A stretch of 64,000 nt of DNA from Lingula anatina (taxonomy: Eukaryota > Animalia > Brachiopoda). This document shows positions 1 to 12,954 of the stretch, in pieces. The notes under the pieces are model-generated. The model was not told the origin of the DNA. It was given only the letters and a program-made list of their open reading frames with translations, and searched no databases. The first letter of the stretch is position 1, and the number at the start of each line of letters is the position of its first letter. Position numbers and translations under genes: made by a program. The DNA lies in assembly GCA_051362555.1 (NCBI GenBank), contig CM120647.1:19072651-19136650 (forward strand). Direction: 5' to 3'.

Positions 1-933
1 GTGCGTGTGTGGTAATTGGTCAATAGAGGAGATCTGCTCTATGGGGAAATGCGGGGATATGCGATGGCTACCCATCGACACCATCTAGTTCATTTTTTAT
101 CTTTATGGGTGAGATCCATTTCGTCTTCTAGTCTTTATTGAAACTACCGCCAACCTCAAACCTGTTTTCACTGCACAATTTTCTCCCATATTGATGGAAA
201 TTATTTACAAATGAATTTTAATTACCCCAATACACCAACTAACCTGTACAAATCATATGGGAGTCGCACTTCATTCTTACCCGGTAGGACGTCCATTCCT
301 GTTACACTGCGACTGACTTAACCACCCTCTGTTTATACGTTTTTCCTGTAATGGTAATCAAATGCAATCATAAGAAATCTTTTCTATCAAAAAATCAATG
401 AACTTTCAAGAATTTGAACCTGCAAACAAATATCAAACGTGCATCAGCTCCTAAAATGTTCCCTGTGATTTTATTTGTTGTAGGTTAACAGGCAACGTGT
501 TCCACTTCACCGGTGCAACTAAACAGAATACAGTGTCACCACTTTTTTCGCCTATTTTTGGGGGGTTTTCAGTAAAAAAAAATCACCAGACCTCTGAATC
601 CTTTGTTTCGTTGATGAATTGATGATGTTTTGTCTAATGATTACGTTCAACCGGATGAAGCAAGATTTTTTAAAATGCACATTCATAAAACCTAAAGATT
701 GTCTTTGTGATGAAAATAATTTCCACAAATGAAAATCAGTCTCAATAATCATTCTAGGCATTGCCGAACCAGTCGTTTTATTATAATCCAGACTTAGGTA
801 AATCATTGTAAAATACCTGTACCAGTACAAACCTTTAATTTCCGTTACAAATGTTTTGATCTCTTCAGGATACAGCTGTTTACACTACTTCAAAAGCCGC
901 TGCCTTGACTTAGTTGCACTGCTGTTGAAACCG

Positions 934-1006
934 TATAAATAACTCAAACTGTGGACGTATTTCAATCATTTCGAGACTGAGAGAGAAGTTATCAAGGATC
1001 ATTTAG
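934..1006 (+). promoter_or_regulatory. Putative TATA box, initiator and 5' non-coding exon of peptide gene copy A
   Basis: TATAAATA at 934 and TCAATCATT ~30 bp downstream, then AG|GTAAAA donor at 1007 and TTTTAG|AAG ATG acceptor at 1247. The same arrangement recurs upstream of all paralogs. Confidence 0.65.
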
Positions 1007-1250
1007 GTAAAAAAAAAATTGTGTCGGTGAAATCTTATTAAAATGCTGCATAGTATGTAAGGACGCCGATTGCCCTTTTGCACACTGAGTTTTAGAGAAC
1101 ACCGTATGAATTGTCAAGTCTTTATTGTCGGCGTGCCTCTGAAAGTTTAGTATAGCTGTTGACAGAAAAGATGTTAGCTCCTCTGTCCTCTGAAATTCCG
1201 TAATTTTTGTCTTCATGTCAAAATCATATTGTCATTTCACATTTTAGAAG

Positions 1251-1810
1251 ATGATTACTTTTGCCATTTTTGCGTTAGTTGCGTTGGGTCTGGCAGCTGT
1301 AATGCAGGAAGCTGAATCTGACTGCTGTGGCACCAAATCGAAAGGGTTCTGCCCAGACTGCACGTTGGTGGGTCTACTAGTACCGGGGAATTTCATCGGG
1401 AAGTGCATTCAAAACACATTGACAACACGTGTTGTATTAGGCGAACTTTGCATTACAGGAAAAAATAATACCGCACATTTTAGTTATAAATGTGCGACAA
1501 AGCTAGAAGTCCAATTTTATATTGTTTATTAGAATTTGATACGTACAGTAAATGGTGGTCAGAAAATCATTCTGTAGATACATGTTTGTGTGCGTGCCAG
1601 TTCGTTTGTATGCGTGTGCAGTGAAGGTGGGGGTGTGCCTAGGAGGGGGATAGAGCAGAGAGAAAGAGAGAGGGAGAGAGAGTAATTGATTTACGATTTC
1701 CATTCCAGGGAACCCCTTACTGTTCATATGGAAAATGTAACATATTTGGCTGCAAATGTGAACGTTAATGTAGAGCGGACTGCGGCTCGAAAATAGAGTA
1801 TGATGAAATA

Positions 1811-1860
<50 letters not shown>

Positions 1861-3752
1861 GACTAACAGATCCGCTGGCTAAATATGGCCGACCCACTTG
1901 AAGACGATGCCGCTAGTCTCCTGATGGTCTCCCCGCCTCCACACGCGCCGTCCCTGCAGGTCCAATTAATCATCGGAGCCGAGATTTTATCCGTTTAATG
2001 GAGCGACTGCATGTTGATACGGAGAGACCGTCAGGGGATTAAAGGGCTTGTTTTTAAGCGGGGTAGACCATATTTTGTTGGCGGATCACTTTAATCGCAT
2101 TCAGAACAGATGACTTGTAGACGAACTGACCTGCGGACTTAATATGGCCGACCCCACTAAAAAGCAAGCCGGTTAATCTCCTGATGGCCTCACCGCCTCC
2201 ACAAGAGCCATTTAATGGATAAAATCTCCGCTCTGGGGTTTAATTGCCAGGACCCGTTGCAAGAAGCTATCGCTAGTTCTCCCTCTCGTTATTGTGTCGT
2301 TGTTACCATAGATATTTAACGACTGGTCAGACCACTCGCTAACTCTAGAGTTTCATCGTACCCATGCGTAATGAATGAAAAAGAAAGGTTTCTTAGTTAC
2401 CGTTGTCTACCCTTTGTCTGTCTATACAATATGGCGGCTGCCTTTCTTGATAACCGTACAGCCAGACGGTAACGTAGACTACGACGTTTTTATTAGGGCT
2501 GAAATCTATTAGAATATGCACAATGATGCAATTGATGAAAGGTTGGCTGTGACAAATCAGGGTACATTAATGGTATAGCCTTCCAGTGACATGACATGAC
2601 CCGTAAGGTGCTGCTGCCAGTCGACCAAAATAAGCACAAAAATGCAGCAGGGGGGAGGGCATGTAAAACTGGCCTCAGGCAGTAAAATGTCACCTTGATA
2701 TGAAAAATAACACATCAAATTAAAAGTAGATGAACAAATTAATTTCTAAAATTTATTAAAAATTTTCAAATGATCCAAAATTGAAAAAATAAACTCATTT
2801 TTCTCTTATATGCAAATCTTCTCGCTTCAAACTTACTAAACAAGGAAGGCCGGAAGTGACGTATAACCTAAAATTACCTTTTCTGCTTGGCCGTATATAG
2901 ATGCTATAAATTGTTTGCTCTTGACGTCATACTCAAAGACTCGACGCGACTGTACCGCAGTAGCTCAGAAATAAAACGTACATGTAGGAATTGGTGTTTC
3001 TACTTTGGCCAACATTTCATCTAAAAGTTTAAGACTTGAAATGGCATTTTAATGATACGCCGCAACAATATATAAAGAGCGTGCTTATGTACATGTATTA
3101 AACTTTAAACGGGTGACATAAAGGTGAAATATTGGTGAGCTATGTTTACTTTGCTGCTTGTGTGAACTGCACATTACGTGCATGTTCTGCCTTATCATCT
3201 TGCCAATTTGAACATCAGTGATGTACGTCCAAAACTTCTATATACAAGAACGCTCGTGGTGGACGTATTTGTATCTTAAAGCTCTCCCTATCAATCATAC
3301 CATCACAGGGTCCTGTGATAATTTATACACGGGTATTTATCTTGCTTTTCTGTACAAGTTCTTTTTTGAAATAATAATAATGATAAATATATTAACAATC
3401 ATTATTATTATTATTATTATATTATTATTATTATTGAGAAGTAAATGATTGTGAAAAAATGAATTATAGTTTTAAAAATAATGACAAAGAATACATAAGA
3501 TCTTGGCTGAGCTGGTACAGTATATGGTAGAGAATACCTGAAAAGTAATATGTTCACACGAATTAAAGTAGATGTTTGCATTATTTGTTAAGAAAAATAG
3601 ACAGATATGGATGGGTCTTTGCGCATCGCGTGGTCTATTCCTGTACTTGCACGAACGGGAAAAGGGCCGCAAAGGATGTCATGTTTGACGACATGGACGT
3701 CAATGATGACAGCAAGATTGCCCCACAGGAGTTCGATCCTAATCTGCAATAG
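1251..3752 (+). pseudogene. Mytimycin-like Cys-rich peptide/EF-hand precursor, copy A (in-frame TAA in exon 2)
   Basis: Exons 1251-1367, 1709-1797, 3593-3752 with GT-AG junctions in the same phases as the paralogs. MITFAIFALVALGLAAVMQEAES-DCCGTKSKGFCPDCTL/GTPYCSYGKCNIFGCKCER*CRADCGSKIE/KIDRYGWVFAHRVVYSCTCTNGKRAAKDVMFDDMDVNDDSKIAPQEFDPNLQ. TAA at 1766-1768 where B, C and D have TCA. Confidence 0.85.
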
Positions 3753-3955
3753 TTCTAATGTTCGAAGATAAAAAGCGCAGCACTTTTTCAATCCTTAAAT
3801 GACATTTGGAAAAATCATTGGGAATCGATCTTTCACAAGAAATGAACTTTTGAAATCCGAAATTAGGATTTGAAATTATGTGAAACAATATTGCTGTTTA
3901 TATGAAATTCAGATAGCATTGCAAAAAGGTGTCGTTTTGTTTCATTTATTTATTA

Positions 3956-4003
<48 letters not shown>

Positions 4004-4403
4004 TACTTTTTTTGACAAATATGATCTCCATTTACTGCACAATTCTCTCTCGTGTTGATCAAAGAAATTTACAAGTTACTTTTATTTACATTGTTCAAAG
4101 CGTTGTAAAAACTGATCATCTACTGTCTAAACAGACTAACTACTGTCTAAACAGACTAAGACTAACTACTGTCTAAACAGACTAACTCTGCGGCTGTTAT
4201 ATATCAAGGTGTTTTGGTGTCTCTTGGGGACAAATTGTTCATGGTATGTTTTTCTTCATAGATGCTGGAATATGTCAGTGCGAAGATTATCAAACTTTGT
4301 AAACTTCAGATCAAATTTAGCAAAGTTAATGGAACTTTGTACTGAAATTGCCAACTGTTTCACACCTTCAAAACCAATTATGCCCCCATACAAGTATGCA
4401 TAA

Positions 4404-4670
4404 CAGGGGCGGATCTAGGATTAAGTGAAAGGGGATCCGCGGATGAGAAGCCGACCCTATTCCCCCTTGGCTTGGGGTTCGGGGCCTGCTGAAGGGCCCC
4501 GAAAAGTTTGGTAATTTGGAGGACGGACAGTACAGTTGGTCCGGTTTAGAACTATGATTCGGTTAGTCAAAATTCTAATTCCAAGAGGGGGCCATTGGTG
4601 TACTTTTTTTACAGAAATTGAAGGGGGAGCTGAGGACCCCCCTCACCCCACCCCTTTTAATCTGCCACTG
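4404..4670. mobile_element. Small hAT-like MITE (CAGGGGCGGATC...ATCTGCCACTG termini)
   Basis: Imperfect terminal inverted repeats. Related copies at ~20560-20760, ~22370-22471, 40491-40920 and 43014-43286. TSD not clean. Confidence 0.5.
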
Positions 4671-4679
4671 CATAATATT

Positions 4680-4760
4680 ACTTATTATATTATGTAGATT
4701 TAAGATTTTTGGTTGTGCATGTAAAGACGGCTACAGAAAAAGTTACGGCCCGATTGCTAC
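4680..4760 (+). pseudogene. Decayed exon-2 relic of a divergent mytimycin-like paralog
   Basis: Reads RFKIFGCACKDGYRKSYGPIAT, matching KCNIFGCACASSCREDCG with Cys codons changed to TTT/TAC. Followed by AC|GT and a CT-rich tract, as after the real exon 2. Confidence 0.7.
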
Positions 4761-5279
4761 GTTGGACAAACTCTTCTCCCCCTCTTTTTCTCGTTCTCTC
4801 TCTTTTTCCCTCTCTCCAAATTTAATGTTGTATATTTAAAAATAAAAAAAGAAAGAATAAAAAGGGTACATGGAGTCTGATGTTCTCAGCCGTGGTTATA
4901 CTCACAAGTGTCCGGGGACTAAACGCAGTCTTACTGATATCACCTTTCGCCCTCCTGAAATAAAATTATATAGAAATTATTTAAGATCGAAAATAAATAA
5001 AAGCTGAACGTTGGATAATAATGTACGAAGGGAGATAATTTCTCTTTAAAATTTCCCTAACCAACTTGCTCCAATGAACCACTTTCGCTTTCTTTGAACA
5101 ATGTTATTCCTTGTGGGTTGTTATTCCCTGTGGTTGGCAGGAGGCAATATCTTATTGCACGTGTTATAGAAGAACATCAAGGGCCACCGCGGATGATGAA
5201 GGCGGAGATATCGGTTCCGACCACAGTGATGTGTTCGAAATCTTTAATAAATGTGGATTAGTGTGAGCGGTGCTTGTAA

Positions 5280-8050
5280 AGGCCCGGTCACACCTACAGA
5301 ACGCACGAGGTACGCATGCATTGCGCATGAAAGTAAGCCAAATGCGCTGCTATGCGTCCAACTTCTGACATAATTTGCCAGAAAAGTGCGAGTTAATAGC
5401 AAATACATAGCGTTTTGTTGGCGTATTTTGCGTATAAAGGGCGCATGAAGAACGAATATAGAACAAACGTGTAAAAAAAATCCAACGTATGCACAACGGG
5501 TTTTTGGCGCAGGGAACGAACGACCCGTGCATTCAGCACGCACTGAGCGCAGAAATAGCGTTCCTCAGTCAGCAATGATCACGTGACTCGTTCTCTATAT
5601 ACACACACTGGACAAAAGAAGTGTCACCCCTACTGAGCCAATACTATGGGGGAGATAAATGACTGTGGAATGATATGCTCCTGGTATCATTTTATTAACA
5701 TCAAATTTCACAAAAAATCACAAAATGAGAACAAAATATACATTCTACCAAAATATGCAATTTCAAGTCCAAAATTAGTACTTAGTGGCATAGCCACGTG
5801 ACCTAATAATAGGTACCAGTCTACGAAGCAAGGATTCATATAATTGTCTGATGCGTTCGGGGCTTATGCTGGCCCAAGCATGAAACACTGAATATAACAG
5901 AGTTTCTCTGCTTGTTAGACGGGCATTTATCCAAAGTTTTGACATATCATTCCACACATTTTCTATTATGTTTTCAACCGGACTGAGGGCAAGCCACATC
6001 ACCCTGCGAATGTCCTGTTGGTCAAACCAATCATCAACTGCTCTGGTCCTGTGACAAGGAACATTGTCATCCTGGTGAACAAATGGATTATTCCTGTCAC
6101 CAAACATGTTAGTAATAGTTGGTAGCAAGCTTGACTCCAAAACATCGATATATTTCTAGTTATTCATGTTTTCATCAACCACTATCAATTCGCCCACGCC
6201 ATGGATGCTGATGCAGCCCCACTCCATGATGAATATGCTGCTCTGGGTTCGAAAATTAAGTACATGTGGTTTCGATGCTTTACCAGCAGTTCGCTAGCAT
6301 CGTACCCGTCTGCCATCAGAGGTAAGACCAAAGCGACAATCATCAGAAAACAATATGTAGGACCAATTGTCATGGACTGTCCAGTTCCAGATCTTGTTGT
6401 CCCTAGTTCACTCTACGTTGCCTGTTTTGTAACGCTAAAAGAGGTTTCAGTCTTGCTACCCTGCCGTACACTCTATGTAACCGACGCCTACCAATTATCA
6501 CAGACACATTTTTATGTGTGAAATTGTTCCACTGTGTTGTCAACTGACAAGCAGTGTCGAATTTTGACAACCTGGACATCAAAATCAGTCGTCGGTCTTT
6601 ACGGCCAGTAGTTTTTCTTGGACGACCCATCAGAGACAATTTGTCTCTTGATCCAGTGTTTCTATACTGAGACCAGACCCTCTGCACGGTTCTGACTAAA
6701 CAATTCAATTGTATCGATATACTGACATTGCTTATATTCCGCCTCTTCAGGTTAATAACTTGCACCTATAGCCGTTAGATAATTACCTGTATCTTGCCAT
6801 ATTGGAGGAAGACAGGAATAATATTTGCTGTACACGTACAAGTCCAACAATACAATTCCATGGTATAGCGGTTTTATACTCATTAGTCACATAATAAGTA
6901 GACCAGGCATTATAAGTACCCAAGATCTGCCTACTTTCATTACTCTGAGTTAGGGGGTGACACTTCTTTTGTCCAGTGTGTGTAAAAACTTCAGATAATG
7001 TAAAAAGCAACCAGTGAAATTTGTTTTCTTGGATACACATTTTATCGTTTTCTTCATTGGGAAGGTGATATTAAACAGCAAAATAATAAAGAGTAGCATA
7101 AACATGATATACACTGTCAATGTAATTGTTTTCCAATTCTAACCGACCATTGTTTTTAGATAATTTTGATAAAAGTCAAGCTATAAAAATACTGAAAATA
7201 AGACCGTCTAAAATAACAAATTTTATCCTGATTGTGACTTTAATTTCAGTAACATCACATGTACATAATGTACCGGTATTTAGCACCACTGTGTATCATT
7301 TAATGTCTTATTTAGTCTATGTTTAAATGATCATTTCAAAGGGAAGAAAGAGGTGGTCTTGCCATAGAACAGATCCGGCTTCAGATAATTTCTGTTTTTT
7401 CCCTTATGGTCTTGCTGCTGCCAATGACGATGCGGGTGTCCTCTAGATATCGGCCATTTCTCCACTCACCACGAGCAAACTCTTGATCCAGGTTCTCGGC
7501 AACGTCAAGCTGCTGGTTCTGTATTCGTGGATGCCGGATCCTACTAAGGTTGTGGAAGATTATGCATGCTATTACAATCTTTTTAATAGTCTTGGGCTTC
7601 TGCTGCATTGTCCTAAGTAAAACCTGGAAATGGTTCGCCAGAATGCTCCTGATGTCACAGACTTGGTGGAGTGCAAGTTCCATGACGTTATGAGAATGTT
7701 GGAGAACTGAAGTTTCGTATTCTAATCGCAGTCTGTCAAGATTTTCCATGCAGCGGTTATTCAACAAAAGTGGAAAAGTGATGCAGCTACATAGGACCCA
7801 TTTATCAACACACCATGAATACATGCTAGGCTCGGGACACGCATGCTCGGGACACACTAGGAACAGGACAGAGGCGCGCTACAATAACGTTGGCTGCGCT
7901 ATAAAGTCGTTCAACGTTCGTTCTGATTCGTTAGTGATTCGTTTAGCATCCGTTTATAGTTGCTGCATGTTCGCTACACATGCGTTGAAAGCATGCTGTA
8001 GGATTAATAGACTGACAAACTCATGCAAGGAAAGAAAATTCGAATAAAAA
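5280..8050 (-). mobile_element. PIF/Harbinger transposon remnant, apparently interrupted by a Tc1 element
   Basis: TAA|AGGCCCGGTCACACC terminus at 5280 with CpG-rich subterminal sequence. The minus-strand fragment at ~7380-7660 (ILANHFQVLLRTMQQKPKTIKKIVIACIIFHNL) resembles the Harbinger DDE transposase C-terminus. The second TIR was not found. Confidence 0.6.
5602..6982 (-). mobile_element. Tc1/mariner element with degraded DDE transposase
   Basis: TA|CACACACTGGACAAAAGAAGTGTCACCCC ... GGGGTGACACTTCTTTTGTCCAGTGTGTG|TA. Frameshifted fragments include an HTH-like region (GRPRKTTGRKDRRL) and HQDDNVPCHR...SPVENIIENVW. Confidence 0.92.
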
Positions 8051-9881
8051 ATAAAGAGATGGCACATTAAATAATATGGCTGGGATCGTAAATGACCCCA
8101 CTCGGTCACTTGAGGGTTAAATTTGTATGGAGTTAAAATTTGGTTTTGGGTATATATATATATATATTGTGGTTTTTACAAGTCTTAGAAAAATTTGGGT
8201 GTGGACACGTGGATTATTTCAAATGTAGTGTGGCATTTCTCTTTATTATTTAATGTATTCACTTTATTAATATTTATTTATCTGTTCGTTTCTTCATATC
8301 TATATATAATGTGCTCTAAGGTTTTTTTGTCAGTTATTTAAGTTTTTTTCACAGATTTGAACCATACATACGCACGTACAGTCACACAAGTTTTTGTAGA
8401 GACAATAAATCGTTTGAGCACAAATAAAGTGTCCTCTTTTTGTATCGAAGTGTCACCCGTCACAGTGCTTGTTCTTTAAAAAAAATTAAGCGCTGAATTC
8501 AACAGTATTATTTTATTTGATGAGTAACGCGGTAATTTATAGCAATTTCCATCCATCTATACAAAAGAAATCTAAACAACCAGATGTTATATGGAACTTA
8601 TTTTAAGAGATAAAGAGATATTAAGCCTATAAATTATAACATGGACAATGTCGGGAATGCATAACTCTTAAAATAGCTGTGTGTCAAACAAACTTGAATC
8701 AGTAATTTGATTGAAGTTCTGATATCTTAAAATGCGTAAAAGGGATACGACTGATGTTAAAATGCTATAAAAAAAACCGTTTACAACCCTAAAAACTAAA
8801 CCCCTGGATCTTCTTGGTAAAAAAGGATGTGAGCTACATGTAGGGGAAAACTCATGCTCACGACTCCATTGATTATTCAGCTGAACGCAACGGCAACTGT
8901 CTATGAAAGCCACTTGGTAGATCCCGTGATGACAGAGCTAGGTGCCTCTAAGATTTACATGTAGTGGGTCCATGGAAAATTAAAGCGGAGGGTATAATCT
9001 TGTAATAGACAATACTATGGGCCCTGGGGTCAAAGAGTTATTAGGTAATATAGCTCGGAACTGTCAACATATATGTATATATATGTACAAGCATCAGTAG
9101 ATTGAGCTCATTTCTTACATTAGGGACGAAAATCACACTTTTATAATTATAACTGTTTAAATTTAAAATAAAAAATGATGTAAATATGAACGCTGCACAG
9201 TGTGTACAGTTCTGACAGATTACTGGTAAAAATTTACCTGGCGAACGGTGGTTGTCCTATCTTTTTCCCTAACAAGCCGTTCCAAGAAAAATGTCGTACA
9301 ACTAGAAAATGGACTGAACAACAGAGGGTGCCACCAAATAAGAAAAACCAAATAAGTAGAAGAAAGCTTTATATTTATAATTGTCATGGTCGGGTGGTTG
9401 CTCTAAGAGACTAGTAAACGTGTGGTGTTAAAATCAAATTGAAGATGATGTTGACGTTTTGTGTGAAATGTGAACAATCCTGCTTTAGTAGAAAGCCAAC
9501 ACAACTTTCATAACTTTCAAGCAAAGTTTGCAACGTTTGACAACCTTCACATTCATATATCTACCCAGATAAAAATCAATTAAACTGACGGACTGAATGC
9601 CTAGACATATGAAGGTTTTTACTATGAAAGCGTCTCAGGCATCTGTTATTGACAACGCACATTACAATACTGGTACTTAAAACTTTTGACTCAGAAACTG
9701 CTTTGATCTGCTGTATACGGGAATGCAATGCAGAATGAATGGAGAATGGCGATGAATAATTGAACTGTATTCTTAGGGGGGAAAGTGTGAAAATCAAAAG
9801 TGACGATGAACTAATTATAAAAATTTGTGGTCCTCGTATATGATAAGACTGCATGGATCAAATGATACCCGCGCAATTAAT

Positions 9882-9925
<44 letters not shown>

Positions 9926-10821
9926 GCATTATCCAAGGCATATGGTCTTATACAGGTGCTCTTAAAAAGTTTATAAACTTATAGCTTTTCATTTGAAAAA
10001 CCTATTCCTAAAATAGATCCATTTCGTCTCCCAATTTTTGAGTGAAACTATCATCAATCTCAAATCTCCATTTACTGCATTATTTTCTCTCATGTTGATC
10101 AAAATTATTTACAAATGAATTTTATTTACAGTGTTCATCCCAATACACCAACTAATCGTAACCTGTACAAATAACATGGGAACCCGGCTTTCCATTCCAA
10201 GGCGAATGACTTGCCCACCCTCTGTTTGTACATGTTTTCTTGTAATGGTAATGAAACGCAATCTTTAGAAATCTTTTCTAGCCAAAAATCAATGAACTTT
10301 CAACCGGCGAACAAATATCAAATGTGCACCAACTCTTTATATAATGAAATGTTCCCTGTGATTTTATTTGTTGTGGGTTAATAGGCAACATATATTCCAC
10401 TTCACCGGCGAAATTAAACAGAATACAGTGTCACCGATTCTTTAAACCTAGCTTTGGGGGTTTACAGTAAAAAATTGTCACCAGACCTCTGTATCCTTAT
10501 TATGTCTACTGATTATGTTCAACCGGCTAAAGCTACATTTTTTTTTTAATGCGCATGCGTAAAACCTAAAGATTTAATGTCTTTCTGACGAAAATTATAT
10601 CCACAGACGAAAATCAGTCTCAAACATGCATTATCTTTCTACGCATTGCCGAACTAGTCTGTAAATGATAATTCAGACTTCGGTAAAATCATTGTGAAAT
10701 ACTTTTACCAGTACATAACTTTGATGTTCTTTCCACATGCTTTGATCTCTTCTGAATACAGGCGTGTACACTACTTCAAAAGCTGATGCCTTGACTGAGC
10801 TTGCACTGCTGTTGAAAACGG

Positions 10822-10894
10822 TATTAATAGTTCAAACTGTGGACATTTTTCAATCATTTCGAGACTGAGAGAGAAGTAATCAAGGATTACTCAG
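10822..10894 (+). promoter_or_regulatory. Putative TATA-like box and 5' non-coding exon of copy B
   Basis: TATTAATA at 10822, TCAATCATT at ~10850, CAG|GTAAAA donor at 10895 and TTTCAG|AAG ATG acceptor at 11122. Confidence 0.65.
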
Positions 10895-11125
10895 GTAAAA
10901 ATTCTGTCCAAGATATTTTCTTTAATTTCTACATAGTTTTTCACGATGCCGATTGCCTTTTTGCACTTTGGGTTTTAGAGAACACCATATAGTATGACAT
11001 CTCAAGTCTTTATGTCAGCGTGCATCTGAAAGTTTAGTATAGATGCTGACAGAAGAGATGTGAGCTCCACTGTCCTCTAAGATTCCTTTGTGTCAACTCC
11101 ATGTTGTCACTTCACATTTCAGAAG

Positions 11126-12923
11126 ATGGCTACCTTTGCCAATTTTGCGTTAGTTGTGTTGGTTCTGGCAGTTTTAATGCACCAAGCTGAATCCGACTGC
11201 TGCTTTACAAAGAAGAATACTTACTGTGCGGACTGCACTAAGGTGGGAAGCGCATTCAGAACATATTCAGAACACAAATTTGGTATGAGGCGAACTTTGC
11301 ATTACAGTGGAAAATGATATCATACATTTTGGTTATAAATGTATAACAAAGCTAGAACGCTATTTTTTATATTGTTCATTGAAATTCTATACGTAAATGG
11401 TCGTAAGCAAATCATTCTGTAAGGACGTGTGTGCCAGTGCGTTTGTATGCGTGTGCAGTGAAGGTGGGGTGTGCCTAGGAGGGGTATAGAGCAGAGAGAA
11501 AGAGATAGGGAGAGAGAGTAATTGATTTACGATTTCCATTCCAGGGAACCCCTTACTGTTCATATGGAAAATGTAACATATTTGGCTGCAAATGTGAACG
11601 TTCATGTAGAGCGGACTGCGGCATGACCATAACGTAAAATGAAATCTCTCTCTCTCTCTCTCTCTCTCCCTCTCTCTCTCTCTTGGAGATAGATAGTGCG
11701 CATTCAGACCAAATGAGAGATAAGCTCTCTCTATCTCGGAGCTGAGATTTAATCCGTTTCATGGCGCGTGTGTATGTAGAGACAGGAAGACCATCAGGGA
11801 ATTAAGGGGCTTTTGCAATTGTCGGCGGATCAGTTAGAGCGCATTCACAACAGATGATCTGCGGACTAAATGTGGCCGACCCCATTAAAATAAAGCCGCT
11901 TTATCTTCTGATGGCTCCACTCCCCCCACAAGAGCCATTAAATGGATTAAGGCTTCGTTCACATGCAATGTCTATTTTCTAAATTCTATTTTCTATTTTC
12001 GGTATGTCTTATGATCACGGTCTGTGCACTGAATATCCTGCGGCGTAATTACTGGCAGCGCGAGCCAGTTACTATAAGTTACTATAAGTAACTGGCTCGC
12101 GGTGCCAGTAATTACGCGGCGGGATATTCAGTGCACAGACCGTGATCATAAGATAGCGCGAATAGAAAATAGAATTTAGAAAATAGACATTGCATGTGAA
12201 CGAAGCCTAAATCTCTGTTTTGGAGTTTAATTGCTAGACTCCTGCAGGGATGGCGCGTGTAGAGGCGGGCAGACCGTCAGGGCACAGGTTGGCATTGATT
12301 ATAAGTGGGTTGAACATGTTTGATCCGCGGGTTAGTCGGCAGATAAAGTTGTTCTGAATGTGCTCTCGATTCTCAGGTCGCGGATCATCTGTTCTGAATA
12401 TATACGTACTATAAAGCGCTGCTGTATTCAGCACTGCTGAAATGTATGTTACTTTCTCTGCTTGGCCGTAAATAGATGCTAAGATGGATTGCGCGTGACG
12501 TCATACTCGAAGACTGGGCATGACCGTACCGCAGCCATTCAGAAATTAAACGTGGGGATTGGTGTTTTCTACTCTGGCCAACATTTCATAATGCATCGAG
12601 CAGTTTAAGGCGTGAAATGGTATTTTAAAGATACGCCGCAACAATATATTAAGAGTGTGCTTATGTATGTATTAAAGTTTAAAAGGGTGACATATAAGTG
12701 AACTATGTTTACTTTGCTGCTAGTGTGGTCTGCGCATTAGTTGCATGTTTTGCCATATCATCTGGCCAATTTGAAAAGCAGTGTTGTAAGCTTAAACCAT
12801 ATGTATCCAAAAGCACTCGTGGTGAACGTATTATATTTTAAAGCTCTCCCTATCAATCATATCTTCTATCAGGTGATTTTCAGGGGTATTTCTCTGGCTT
12901 TTCTGTACACGTCCCCTTTTTGC

Positions 12924-12954
<31 letters not shown>

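Noticed and set aside
400-930. Possible NF-kB/STAT sites in the conserved promoter (e.g. AAATGTTCCC, TTCAAGAA)
   Set aside because: The matches are non-canonical and not consistently conserved across copies; they cannot be supported by eye.
1251-1532. ORF-track proteins 1251-1532, 11090-11317, 27681-27869 and 38089-38436 as complete single-exon genes
   Set aside because: They read through the conserved donor after ...DCTK/L. Similarity continues only in the spliced exons.
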